A stretch of 64,000 bases of DNA from an uncultured Christensenella sp. (GTDB lineage Bacteria; Bacillota; Clostridia; Christensenellales; UBA3700): positions 1,469 to 65,468 of the forward strand of contig CAJTXS010000007.1 of assembly GCA_910583735.1 (NCBI GenBank), given 5' to 3'. Positions 1 through 9,216 of this stretch are shown in pieces. Position numbers and translations under genes: made by a program. The notes beneath the pieces are model-generated. The model was not told the origin of the DNA and did no database searches. It was given only the letters and a program-made list of their open reading frames with translations. Position 1 is the stretch's first letter. Each line of letters starts with the position of its first letter.

Positions 1-1
1 C

Positions 2-469
2 CGCACTATAGAGATTACGGATCCCGAATTTATTTTGTCGGCAAATGCGCAAAGCGTCGACTATGACGAGCTTAATATGGTGCAAGTCCCCTTTCTCGGC
101 AATATTGCTGCTGGAGAACCGTTGTTCGCTGGCGTTGAGGAAGGCGAAAGCATGACTATATCCAAAGAATATTTTGATTATAGCGGTAATTTGTTTATAC
201 TTAAGGTAAAGGGTGAATCGATGGTTAATGCAGGTATACTCAACGGAGACTCAGTAATCATCAGACAACAGCCTGTCGCTGCGGAAGGTCAAATAATTGC
301 GGCAATGATTGATAATTGCGAAGTTACGCTTAAGCGCTTTTATAAAGAAAGAGATCATATAAGGCTCAAGCCTGAGAATGATTATATGGACGACATAATT
401 GTAGACAGCACTCACCCGTTCAGCATTCTCGGTGTTGCTGTAGGTCTAATGCGCAACAGCATCAGATAA
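2..469 (+). CDS. lexA: LexA repressor, 5'-truncated by the window edge (hinge/cleavage region plus S24 autopeptidase domain)
   Basis: Frame 2 is open from nt 2 (RTIEITDPEFILSANAQ...), so the Met at 35 is internal. NIAAGEPLFA matches the LexA Ala-Gly self-cleavage site, GESMVNAGI the Ser nucleophile motif and VTLKRF the catalytic Lys region. Confidence 0.9.
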   Translation, partial: RTIEITDPEFILSANAQSVDYDELNMVQVPFLGNIAAGEPLFAGVEEGESMTISKEYFDYSGNLFILKVKGESMVNAGILNGDSVIIRQQPVAAEGQIIAAMIDNCEVTLKRFYKERDHIRLKPENDYMDDIIVDSTHPFSILGVAVGLMRNSIR

Positions 470-980
470 TTTTTATATTTTATCTCTCAATTGATAGTTG
501 CCATATTCGGATAAATTAATTTAAGATAATTAAATTAGCGTTTATAAAGGCGGTAATTAATTTATTATGCTCTATTTTTACGGTTATGCGCTTAATGCGC
601 AGCACAGTAGAATGATTTTTCACATCATAATATTCTTTGCATTATCCGGCTCACTTAAAGCGCCGGATAGGATATTATCGATTTTATAATTAATTAATAA
701 AAATAGCGATAGCATAATATTTTTTTATAATTCTTGGCATTAGCTTGTCGTTCATATGCCTCAATACACTTATGTAAATCGGCAATTTACAAATTTCCTT
801 AAGCTCTTTAGTATATTTTTAATTAAAAATTAAATATTAAATTGACAATATGACAATAAAATAAGCTACTGTATAAGTAAATAATTATATTAATATTCTA
901 TATACAAGTAGTTATTTTTAATACCTTTTTTACCAAACAAAGCATAGGTTACCAATTCGCAACCTTATAAGTCATGATTA

Positions 981-1010
981 AAATAAAAGAAGTGTCGTTA
1001 TTGGCGACAC
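981..1010 (-). terminator. Rho-independent terminator after the miaB-mutSL-miaA-ynbB-like operon
   Basis: Minus strand reads GTGTCGCCAATAACGACAC followed by TTCTTTTATTTT, starting 13 nt after the stop at 1023. Confidence 0.6.
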
Positions 1011-1022
1011 TGAATATCTATT

Positions 1023-2255
1023 TTATATGCTTATAGCCTCTAAGCAGTACATTATTGCGAGCTTTGCATGTTCGTATGTCAATGCGCCCTGGATATACGC
1101 AGTATAAGGCTCAGTCAGCGGCGAATCGGCAGATAACTCGATTGATGCGCCTGCAACGAATGTTCCTGCAGCCATTATTACTTGAGTATCGTAACCGGGC
1201 ATATCCCATGGGAACGGCACGACATTGCTATCGATTGGCGAAGCTTTTTGTATGGCTCGTATGAATTCAATTGCCTTATCCTTGCTACCGAATTTAATCG
1301 AGCAAATTATATCAGAAGGAATTACAGACGGGCTTGGCAGAGTCTCGTACCCCAAATCCGCAAATACTTGTGAAAATAGCATTGCAGACTTAAGCGCGCA
1401 TGATACTACGTGCGGAGCGCAGAATAATCCTTGATAAAATGTCCTGTAACCTGCGGCGTATGAGCCGACTTCCATACCTATAGACGGAGCGGTAAGCCTT
1501 GCTGCTACTTGATCGACTAAGAATTTTTTACCGCATATATAACCGCCTGTAGGCGCTATGCCGCCGCCTGGATTTTTAATCAGCGAACCGGCTATTATGT
1601 CAACATTATTTTCCGTAGGTTCGGTATAGTCGGTAAATTCGCCGTAGCAATTGTCGCACATTATAATTGTATTAGGGCTTATTGACTTGACTAAATCCGC
1701 AGCCTTTTTAATCTGCTCGATTGTCAATGCATTGCGCCACTCGTAGCCTCTCGAGCGTCCTATAAAGACAAGTTTAATGTTATTATTCCTGAGTGAATCC
1801 TCTATCGATGTATAGTTAATGTCTCCGTTAATTAAATCAATTTGCTTGTAATTTATGCCGTAATCGCGTAGCGAACCGTTGCCCTTACCGCTGATTATTG
1901 TCTGCAAGGTATCGTAAGGGGCTCCGGAAACGGATAACATTGTATCGCCGGTTTTCAGTAAGCCGAATAAAGTCAAAGATAAAGCATGAGTGCCGGATAC
2001 AATCATGGGACTTACGATTGCAGTTTCCGCGCCGAAAATTTGAGCTGCTAACTTACACAGCGTATCCCGTCCTATATCGTCGTATCCGTATCCGTTTGTG
2101 CCGGAAAAATGCCTTTGACCTATAGCATTGTCTCTAAACGCATCCAAAACTTTGCTTTGATTGAACAAAGCGATTCGATCTACTTCGGCAAATGCGTCTT
2201 TCAATTTATTTTCCGCAGTTGTTAATATTTTAACAATGTCATTATTTAAGGTCAT
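1023..2255 (-). CDS. PLP-dependent YnbB / 'aluminium resistance protein' family enzyme (Cys/Met-metabolism fold)
   Basis: 410-aa ORF with GTNGYGYDDIGRDTL near the N-terminus and GSLIKNPGGGIAPTGGY (probable PLP-lysine region). The ATG overlaps the miaA stop (ATGA at 2255), which is the usual position of this family downstream of mutL-miaA in Firmicutes. Confidence 0.8.
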   Translation of the reverse strand: MTLNNDIVKILTTAENKLKDAFAEVDRIALFNQSKVLDAFRDNAIGQRHFSGTNGYGYDDIGRDTLCKLAAQIFGAETAIVSPMIVSGTHALSLTLFGLLKTGDTMLSVSGAPYDTLQTIISGKGNGSLRDYGINYKQIDLINGDINYTSIEDSLRNNNIKLVFIGRSRGYEWRNALTIEQIKKAADLVKSISPNTIIMCDNCYGEFTDYTEPTENNVDIIAGSLIKNPGGGIAPTGGYICGKKFLVDQVAARLTAPSIGMEVGSYAAGYRTFYQGLFCAPHVVSCALKSAMLFSQVFADLGYETLPSPSVIPSDIICSIKFGSKDKAIEFIRAIQKASPIDSNVVPFPWDMPGYDTQVIMAAGTFVAGASIELSADSPLTEPYTAYIQGALTYEHAKLAIMYCLEAISI

Positions 2256-3202
2256 TACCGTTCACATTCCTTTTTATATCCGTTAACTATTTGCAAAGCC
2301 ATTGACATAGCTTCGTTATATTCATTTCCTATATTATACCACATCGCGTCTTTGTACTTTTTCAGCCAAGTAATTTGCCTTTTTGCATAACGCTTAGTAT
2401 TGAGTATGATAGCGTCCTTTACGTCATCAAGGCTTGCTTGACCTTCGAAATATAATCTAAATTCCTTATATCCTATCGCCTGCATGCACTGATTGTCCCA
2501 GTCTAAACCTTTCTTCAGCAGACAGTCTACTTCGTCAAATAGCCCGTTATTCCACATTTTGTTGACGCGAGCCTCTATGCGATTGTATATTATATCTCTG
2601 CAGTTGGTCAATGCAATGATATGCGGTTTATAAGTCGTATTGGGAACTCTTTCGCAATATTGACTCTTGCTCTTGCCGTTGACTTCGTATATCTCCAATG
2701 CTCTCAACAAGCGCTTGGTATTGTTGGGATGTATTTTTTTCGCGTCATCGGGATCTATCTCTCGCAGTCTGTTATACATGACATCCTTGCCGTACTTGAT
2801 AAAATCTTCTTCTAACTTAGCTCTGATTGCATCATCTCTGTTGCTGATAAAAGACAATGAATACACAAAAGAGTCTATGTATAATCCCGTTCCGCCAACA
2901 ACTATGGGATTATTTTTTCTATTGATTATATCTGATATACAGGCTGATGCCAGCTTTGCATATTGAGCGACGCTGAACTCTTCGGTAGGCTCTACAACGT
3001 CTATCATGTGATGTGTAATGCCTTTTGTTTCTGAAGGCATTACCTTAGCGGTGCCTATATCAAGCCCCTTATATATCTGCATGCTGTCGCAGGAGATGAC
3101 TTCGCCTTGTACTTTTTGCGCTAATTCTATTGCGAAATCACTTTTTCCCGTGCCTGTAGGACCCGCAATTATCAATAAATCGCGCTTAGTGTCGCTATTC
3201 AT
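2255..3202 (-). CDS. miaA: tRNA dimethylallyltransferase
   Basis: 315 aa with P-loop GPTGTGKS and DSMQIYKGLDIGTAK. It lies directly downstream of mutL. Confidence 0.95.
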   Translation of the reverse strand: MNSDTKRDLLIIAGPTGTGKSDFAIELAQKVQGEVISCDSMQIYKGLDIGTAKVMPSETKGITHHMIDVVEPTEEFSVAQYAKLASACISDIINRKNNPIVVGGTGLYIDSFVYSLSFISNRDDAIRAKLEEDFIKYGKDVMYNRLREIDPDDAKKIHPNNTKRLLRALEIYEVNGKSKSQYCERVPNTTYKPHIIALTNCRDIIYNRIEARVNKMWNNGLFDEVDCLLKKGLDWDNQCMQAIGYKEFRLYFEGQASLDDVKDAIILNTKRYAKRQITWLKKYKDAMWYNIGNEYNEAMSMALQIVNGYKKECER

Positions 3203-3205
3203 GCT

Positions 3206-5218
3206 TTAGATTATCCTCTTGAACAATTTGTCTAAGTCGTTTCTCGTATATTCAAGGACCGCAGGTCTTCCGTGAGGACATTGCATGGGAATACCGTTGT
3301 CCATGTTGCCGAATAACTTAACGATATTGGCATTGGACAGTCTGTCTCCGCTTTTAATAGCGCGTTTACATGCGCGTTGCATTAGATTTTCTTTAAGCAT
3401 ATCGGACAATTTTATGGCGCCAATCTTGCCTTTATCGTTGCATATATCATTGAAGAAAGCGTCTAAATCCAAGCCCGTAAGGACGTAGGGAATTGCCGAA
3501 ATCTTATAGTTAAGTCCTCCGAACTCTTCGATTTCAAATCCTATTGCGCGAAGCTCGCCGATTATCTTGGCAATAAATTCATATTGTTCGGAATCGGCGT
3601 CAAAGACAAAGGGCACAAGCAGTTGCTGCGATGAAACGGACATGTTTTCAACTTGCTTAACATATTCGTCGTATATGAATTTCTCATGAACGGCGTGCTG
3701 ATCTATTAAGTATACCCTATCTTTTCGCTCGATTATCAAATATGTCTTGAATATCTGTCCTATTACGGCATAATCCCCCGACAATTCTTTGTCTACTGCT
3801 TCGAGCAGCGGAGATGACATCTTATATAATGATTTATCCGTAGTCGACCGATTGTATTGAGGAGGCTGAGCAACCATGGTCTTTCTTACAGTCTTCGCAG
3901 ACTCGACATATGTATTAACATTGGAGAATTTCTCTTTTAATTTATCGGATAATGATGATTGTCTTTCCTTTGTATCTAATATATTAGTATCGCTTGATAT
4001 TCTTATTTTCTGCGAATTATCTTGTGCAGCGTTACCATATTGCTCGGGTAATTTATGCGGATAATCTTGTCCTACCTTATTAGCATTAGCCAAATATGTA
4101 CTTATTTGTTCTGAATTAGCTGTTATTTCATAATTATCCGAACTTTTATCAATGATATTTGATATATTCGACTGAGAGGTTGACTTGACAAAAACGTTGT
4201 TTTCCGTTTCCCTACTGTCCGACAGCTTGAGATAAGAAGTCTGCTCTGCAAGAGCCGACATTGCGAATTTGTATACTGCCGCAAAGACTTTGTTGCTGTC
4301 TTTGAATCTTACTTCTCTCTTGTTGGGATGAACGTTGACGTCGAGTTGATCGATCGGCATGTCGATATTGAGCACGTATACGGGATAGGTGCGCTTCATT
4401 AGTGTGGTTCCATATGCTTGCGATACGGCTGTCGATATTATATTATTGGCAATAACTCTTCCGTTAATGATTGCCGTCTGATAATTCCTGTTATGCTTGC
4501 CGTATCCCTGTTTGCCTATGTATCCGCATATAGAAATATCTCCTACGGAGCGTCTATGCTCTGTCAGATTTTCGGCGATTTCGCTTCCGTACACGGCATA
4601 GATTGCATTAATCAGTCCGTTGGATGTGTTGAATATCTGCTCTCCGTCTGCAATATATGTAAAGGATATATCGGGATTGGAAAGTATCAACTGGCTTACG
4701 GTGTAAGTAACGTCTTTTTCTTCTTGCTTCGGCTTTTTCAAGAACTTCAGTCTGACGGGAGTATTAAAGAAAATATCTTTAATCTCGGTTGTGGTGCCTT
4801 GTCCTCTGCCGCAAGGGCTGATATCTTCTACTGTTCCGCCGTTAACGCGCAAGCTGAATGCTCCGCCTTCTCCGCTGCACGAGGTCAATGTCATCTTGGA
4901 GACTGCGGCAATAGATGCCAAAGCCTCGCCTCTGAATCCCAATGTATTGATCTTGAACAGGTCGTCTGCGTTGACAATTTTAGAAGTAGCATGCGGCATT
5001 ACCGCTCTTGTGAGATCTTCTTTGTCCATTCCGCAACCGTTGTCGCTGATGCGGATATATGAAATGCCTCCGTCGCTTATCTCGATGCTGATGCTGTCGG
5101 CACCCGCGTCAATACTGTTCTCAATCAGCTCTTTGACAACGCTTGAGGGTCTTTCGACCACTTCGCCTGCCGCTATCTTGTTGTATATATCCGGTTTAAG
5201 AATATTAATCTTAGCCAT
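3206..5218 (-). CDS. mutL: DNA mismatch repair protein MutL
   Basis: 670 aa. GHKL ATPase motifs IAAGEVVERPSSVVKELIENSIDAGA and DNGCGM. C-terminal endonuclease region DQHAVHEK and CPHGRP. Confidence 0.96.
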   Translation of the reverse strand: MAKINILKPDIYNKIAAGEVVERPSSVVKELIENSIDAGADSISIEISDGGISYIRISDNGCGMDKEDLTRAVMPHATSKIVNADDLFKINTLGFRGEALASIAAVSKMTLTSCSGEGGAFSLRVNGGTVEDISPCGRGQGTTTEIKDIFFNTPVRLKFLKKPKQEEKDVTYTVSQLILSNPDISFTYIADGEQIFNTSNGLINAIYAVYGSEIAENLTEHRRSVGDISICGYIGKQGYGKHNRNYQTAIINGRVIANNIISTAVSQAYGTTLMKRTYPVYVLNIDMPIDQLDVNVHPNKREVRFKDSNKVFAAVYKFAMSALAEQTSYLKLSDSRETENNVFVKSTSQSNISNIIDKSSDNYEITANSEQISTYLANANKVGQDYPHKLPEQYGNAAQDNSQKIRISSDTNILDTKERQSSLSDKLKEKFSNVNTYVESAKTVRKTMVAQPPQYNRSTTDKSLYKMSSPLLEAVDKELSGDYAVIGQIFKTYLIIERKDRVYLIDQHAVHEKFIYDEYVKQVENMSVSSQQLLVPFVFDADSEQYEFIAKIIGELRAIGFEIEEFGGLNYKISAIPYVLTGLDLDAFFNDICNDKGKIGAIKLSDMLKENLMQRACKRAIKSGDRLSNANIVKLFGNMDNGIPMQCPHGRPAVLEYTRNDLDKLFKRII

Positions 5219-5232
5219 AATTTCTCCTCATC

Positions 5233-7833
5233 TTATATTTGTCGCTTAGCAGAATCGACAAGCTCGTGCAGTATTGAAAATGCCTGAATGGGCGAAAGCG
5301 TATCTATATCGATTGCTTTGAGTTTATCTCTGAAAGTGTTGTTGTCGCATATGGCGATCAAGCTGTCTGCATCGGAGGAATCGTCGAGAGACAAAGGAGA
5401 ATTTTCAAGTTGCTTGGATATCTCCTTGGCGCGAGTGATAACCGATTTAGGTATGCCCGCAAGTCCCGCGACCTCTATGCCGAAACTCTTGTTGGTGCCT
5501 CCGCGCATGATTTTATGTAAGAATATTACGGAATTTTTACTCTCCGCGGCGGTGACTTTGTAGTTGCGGACTCCTTCGATTCTGCCCTCGAGTTCGGTCA
5601 ATTCGTGGTAATGCGTGGAGAAAAGCGTCTTGCATTTAATGCGTTTTGCGATATCCTCTACCACTGCGCCCGCAATAGACAAGCCGTCGAATGTAGATGT
5701 GCCTCTGCCGATTTCGTCCAGCACTACCAGACTGGATATTGTAGCTCGTTGTAATATGGTCGCAACCTCTATCATCTCTACCATAAAGGTGCTTTGTCCG
5801 TACGATAGGTCGTCGGAAGCGCCTATACGCGTAAAAATTCTGTCTGCTATAGCAATCTTTGCGCTTTTAGCGGGCACATAGCACCCGATGTGCGCCATTA
5901 GAGTTATCAACGCGATCTGTCGCATATAGGTGCTCTTACCTGCCATATTTGGACCGGTTATTATCATCATTCTTTCTTGCGAGCAATCCAGCGAGCAGTC
6001 GTTGGGAACGAAGTCGTTTCTTTTTAGCAACTTTTCTACCACCGGGTGACGTCCGCCGATTATAGATGTGGATAAGTCATCCGATATTATAGGCTTACAA
6101 TATCCGTTCTCCAGCGCGACGACCGCAAATGACAGCAATGTATCGAGAGCTGCGATATTGCGAGATGTGGATTGCAGCTCGGGGATAAATGCCGACACTT
6201 CTTTTTTTACGTCGTCGAATATTTTTAGCTCCAATTCGAGAGCCTTTTCGGTGCTGCCGAGCACCTTATCCTCTATTTGCTTGAGCTCTTCGGTAATATA
6301 GCGCTCGCCAGTAGTAAGGGTCTGTTTTCTGATGTAACGCATCGAAGGTACTTTGCCTACGCTGCCTTTGGCTACTTCGATATAGTATCCGAATACTTTG
6401 TTATAGGAGATTTTAAGATTCTTAATCCCCGTCAACTCGCGCTCTTGAGCCTCAAGGCGCGTGAGCCATTGCGTGCTTTCCCTACCTGCATTGCGATACG
6501 AGTCGAGATCGGAGGAGAAGCCTTCTTTAATAATCCCGCCGTCTTTAACGGTGACGGGCGCTTTCTCGTCTATAGTATCGGAAATCAGCAAGCAGATATC
6601 GGACAGCTCGAAAATATTTCCGTTAATGCGCCTTAAGTATTCGGCTGACATGGTATCGAGTATATTTTTGAGCGCAGGAATGTTTTTAAGAGATTCTCCT
6701 ATCGATAGCAGGTCTCTCGGGGAAATGGTGCCGTAGGATAATCTACTTGCGAGCCTTTCTATATCTTTAACGGATTTAAGAAGTTGCAAAAGCGTATTTC
6801 GCTCGGATGTCTTGCTTATCAACTCCTCTACGCTGTCCAATCTTTCCTGTATTCTCTTTTTATTGCGAAGCGGCTGCTCTATCCATCGGCGCAGATTTCT
6901 TGCTCCCATATTGGTGCGTGTACTGTCGAGCACCCACAATAAAGACGCTTTGCGCTTGGAATCGCGCGCATTTTGCAGCAATTCGAGGTTAGTACGCGTA
7001 TTGCTGTCCATATTGAGGTAATTATTGTTTTGTCTGTAGCTGATGCTGTTGATATGCGACAGCGATCTCTTCTGCGTCTCGTTGACGTAAGCTATGAGGG
7101 CGCCGCAGGCGCTTATCGCATAATTTTTACCTTCTAATTCAAAGGCGCTCAAGGTTGCTACGCCGAAGTGTTTTTTCAATGTTTCGTTTGCCCTGGATAA
7201 TGTAAATTCTCCTTCGATATACTTAGAGAATTTAGGCATTCTGCCCGCTTTAACTGAAGAAAAACCGCAACTTATGCCGTATACATATTCGTCGCAGATT
7301 ATCTCGGCGGGAGAAATATTCACGAGCATATCGTCCATGCCGTCCAGCTTGGTCGCCTTATCCTCATATACGGAAAATTCACCCGTAGATATATCCAGCC
7401 ATGCAAGCGCATAGCGCTCGTTGTCGCCGTGGCAGCAAGCTATATAATTATTTTTCTTCTCTTCGAGCAGAGAGTCCTCTATTACCGTACCGGGAGTAAT
7501 TACTCTTACTACGTCCCTATCCACCATCTTGCCGCCCGTATCTTTAGGCGTGTTAAGCTGCTCGCACACGGCGACTTTATGACCCATGCCGATTAATTTT
7601 GCAATATATGTATCCGCTGCGTGATATGGAACGCCGCACATGGGCGCGCGCTCCTCCAGTCCGCAATTACGTCCCGTAAGCGTGAGGTCGAGCAACTCCG
7701 ACGCCAATACCGCGTCGTCAAAGAACATCTCATAAAAGTCGCCGAGTCTGTAAAAGACAATGCAATCTTTATATTTTTCTTTCAGCTCGAGATAAGAGCG
7801 CATCATTAAAGAGGGTTGTTTAGTCGTAGTCAT
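5233..7833 (-). CDS. mutS: DNA mismatch repair protein MutS
   Basis: 866 aa. Mismatch-binding GDFYEMFFDDA, Walker A GPNMAGKST, STFMVEM and DEIGRGTSTFDG. Confidence 0.97.
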   Translation of the reverse strand: MTTTKQPSLMMRSYLELKEKYKDCIVFYRLGDFYEMFFDDAVLASELLDLTLTGRNCGLEERAPMCGVPYHAADTYIAKLIGMGHKVAVCEQLNTPKDTGGKMVDRDVVRVITPGTVIEDSLLEEKKNNYIACCHGDNERYALAWLDISTGEFSVYEDKATKLDGMDDMLVNISPAEIICDEYVYGISCGFSSVKAGRMPKFSKYIEGEFTLSRANETLKKHFGVATLSAFELEGKNYAISACGALIAYVNETQKRSLSHINSISYRQNNNYLNMDSNTRTNLELLQNARDSKRKASLLWVLDSTRTNMGARNLRRWIEQPLRNKKRIQERLDSVEELISKTSERNTLLQLLKSVKDIERLASRLSYGTISPRDLLSIGESLKNIPALKNILDTMSAEYLRRINGNIFELSDICLLISDTIDEKAPVTVKDGGIIKEGFSSDLDSYRNAGRESTQWLTRLEAQERELTGIKNLKISYNKVFGYYIEVAKGSVGKVPSMRYIRKQTLTTGERYITEELKQIEDKVLGSTEKALELELKIFDDVKKEVSAFIPELQSTSRNIAALDTLLSFAVVALENGYCKPIISDDLSTSIIGGRHPVVEKLLKRNDFVPNDCSLDCSQERMMIITGPNMAGKSTYMRQIALITLMAHIGCYVPAKSAKIAIADRIFTRIGASDDLSYGQSTFMVEMIEVATILQRATISSLVVLDEIGRGTSTFDGLSIAGAVVEDIAKRIKCKTLFSTHYHELTELEGRIEGVRNYKVTAAESKNSVIFLHKIMRGGTNKSFGIEVAGLAGIPKSVITRAKEISKQLENSPLSLDDSSDADSLIAICDNNTFRDKLKAIDIDTLSPIQAFSILHELVDSAKRQI

Positions 7834-7834
7834 A

Positions 7835-9154
7835 TCAATTAATTACCTTTCCGAATAACGACGCGGATTTAGAACTCTCTATCTCTACGTCGAAAAATTT
7901 TCCTATGTCCCCTATATTGCCGCTAAAAGTCACCATTCTGCCGCAGTCGGTTCTGCCGCACACTAAATTATCGTGCTTGGGCGCCATGTCCTCGCACAGT
8001 ACTCTGCACGTCCTTCCCTCGTAAGTCTTGGATACTTCTTTGGTGATTTTGTTTTGGAGCGCTACAAGGCGCATGATTCTATCTTTAGCGATCAAGGGAT
8101 CGATTTGCGGCATAGCTGCGGCGGGAGTGCCTTTTCTTACGGAATATACGAATGTAAATGCGCCGGAATACTTTACTCTTTCAACAAGATCGAGTGTATC
8201 GAGGAAGTCCGCTTCCTCTTCGTAAGGGAATCCGACCATAATATCCGAAGTAATTCCGCAATTGGGTATTTTTGCCCTTATTTGGTCGATAATATCGAGA
8301 TAATCTGCGCGGGTATAATGTCTGTTCATTAATTTCAATATTTTATCCGAGCCCGATTGAACGGGAAGATGAATATTGTTACATATATTTTTTGAGCCTG
8401 CTATCACATCTATTAGGTCGCGGCTGAAGTCCTTTGGATGAGAAGTCATGAATCTGATTCTATGATCGCCGCTAAACGATGCGAGTTTTTCCAGTAAATC
8501 CACAAAGCCGTGCTTGAGACCGATATCGTTGCCGTAGGAATTGACATTTTGACCAAGCAGCGTAATTTCCTTGTATCCCGCATCGAGCATGGCTTTGAAT
8601 TCATCTATCACAGCGGCGGGGTGTCTGCTCCTCTCTCTGCCTCGAACATACGGCACGATGCAGTATGTGCAAAAATTATTGCAGCCGTACATGATATTGA
8701 TCCATGCATTGGTGCCGCTTGTGCGATAGATAGGTAGATTTTCGTTGATCGCAGGGTTTTCATTGTCATCTATTGCTATTACGGGCTTTCTCGCTTCGGT
8801 AAATTGCGTTATATATTCTCCCAGCTTGTCAAGATTGTTGGTGCCTATTACGATATCGACGAAAGGTAAACGGCTTCTTAACGATTCGCCGGCTTTTTCT
8901 TGTTGAGTCATGCAGCCCATTACCGCAATGATAAGGTTGCGATTGGCTTTTTTATACTTTTTAGCGGCGCCGATATTGCCTATGGCGCGCTTTTCCGCAT
9001 TGTCGCGTATGCAGCATGTATTATATAAAAGCAGATCGGCATCCGCTTCATCGAGACACGGCTCATAACCTAAAGTTTTGAGTATTCCGGCGGCCTTTTC
9101 CGACTCGTGCACGTTCATCTGGCAACCGTATGTAATTATCTTATACTTTTGCAT
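7835..9154 (-). CDS. miaB: tRNA-i6A37 methylthiotransferase
   Basis: 439 aa. N-terminal TYGCQMN (UPF0004 cluster), radical-SAM CNNFCTYCIVP, C-terminal TRAM-like segment. Adjacent to mutS. Confidence 0.93.
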   Translation of the reverse strand: MQKYKIITYGCQMNVHESEKAAGILKTLGYEPCLDEADADLLLYNTCCIRDNAEKRAIGNIGAAKKYKKANRNLIIAVMGCMTQQEKAGESLRSRLPFVDIVIGTNNLDKLGEYITQFTEARKPVIAIDDNENPAINENLPIYRTSGTNAWINIMYGCNNFCTYCIVPYVRGRERSRHPAAVIDEFKAMLDAGYKEITLLGQNVNSYGNDIGLKHGFVDLLEKLASFSGDHRIRFMTSHPKDFSRDLIDVIAGSKNICNNIHLPVQSGSDKILKLMNRHYTRADYLDIIDQIRAKIPNCGITSDIMVGFPYEEEADFLDTLDLVERVKYSGAFTFVYSVRKGTPAAAMPQIDPLIAKDRIMRLVALQNKITKEVSKTYEGRTCRVLCEDMAPKHDNLVCGRTDCGRMVTFSGNIGDIGKFFDVEIESSKSASLFGKVIN

Positions 9155-9216
9155 ATAACAATTATAGCCGTAAAGGCGGAAATTTTCAAGTAAACGATAC
9201 GCGTGCGGGTGTAATT

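Noticed and set aside
843-858. TTGACA followed by tandem TGACAATA TGACAATA, which looks like a promoter or operator.
   Set aside because: No properly spaced -10 hexamer follows (TAAAAT is only 9 nt away), and no gene or structured RNA is evident downstream on either strand.
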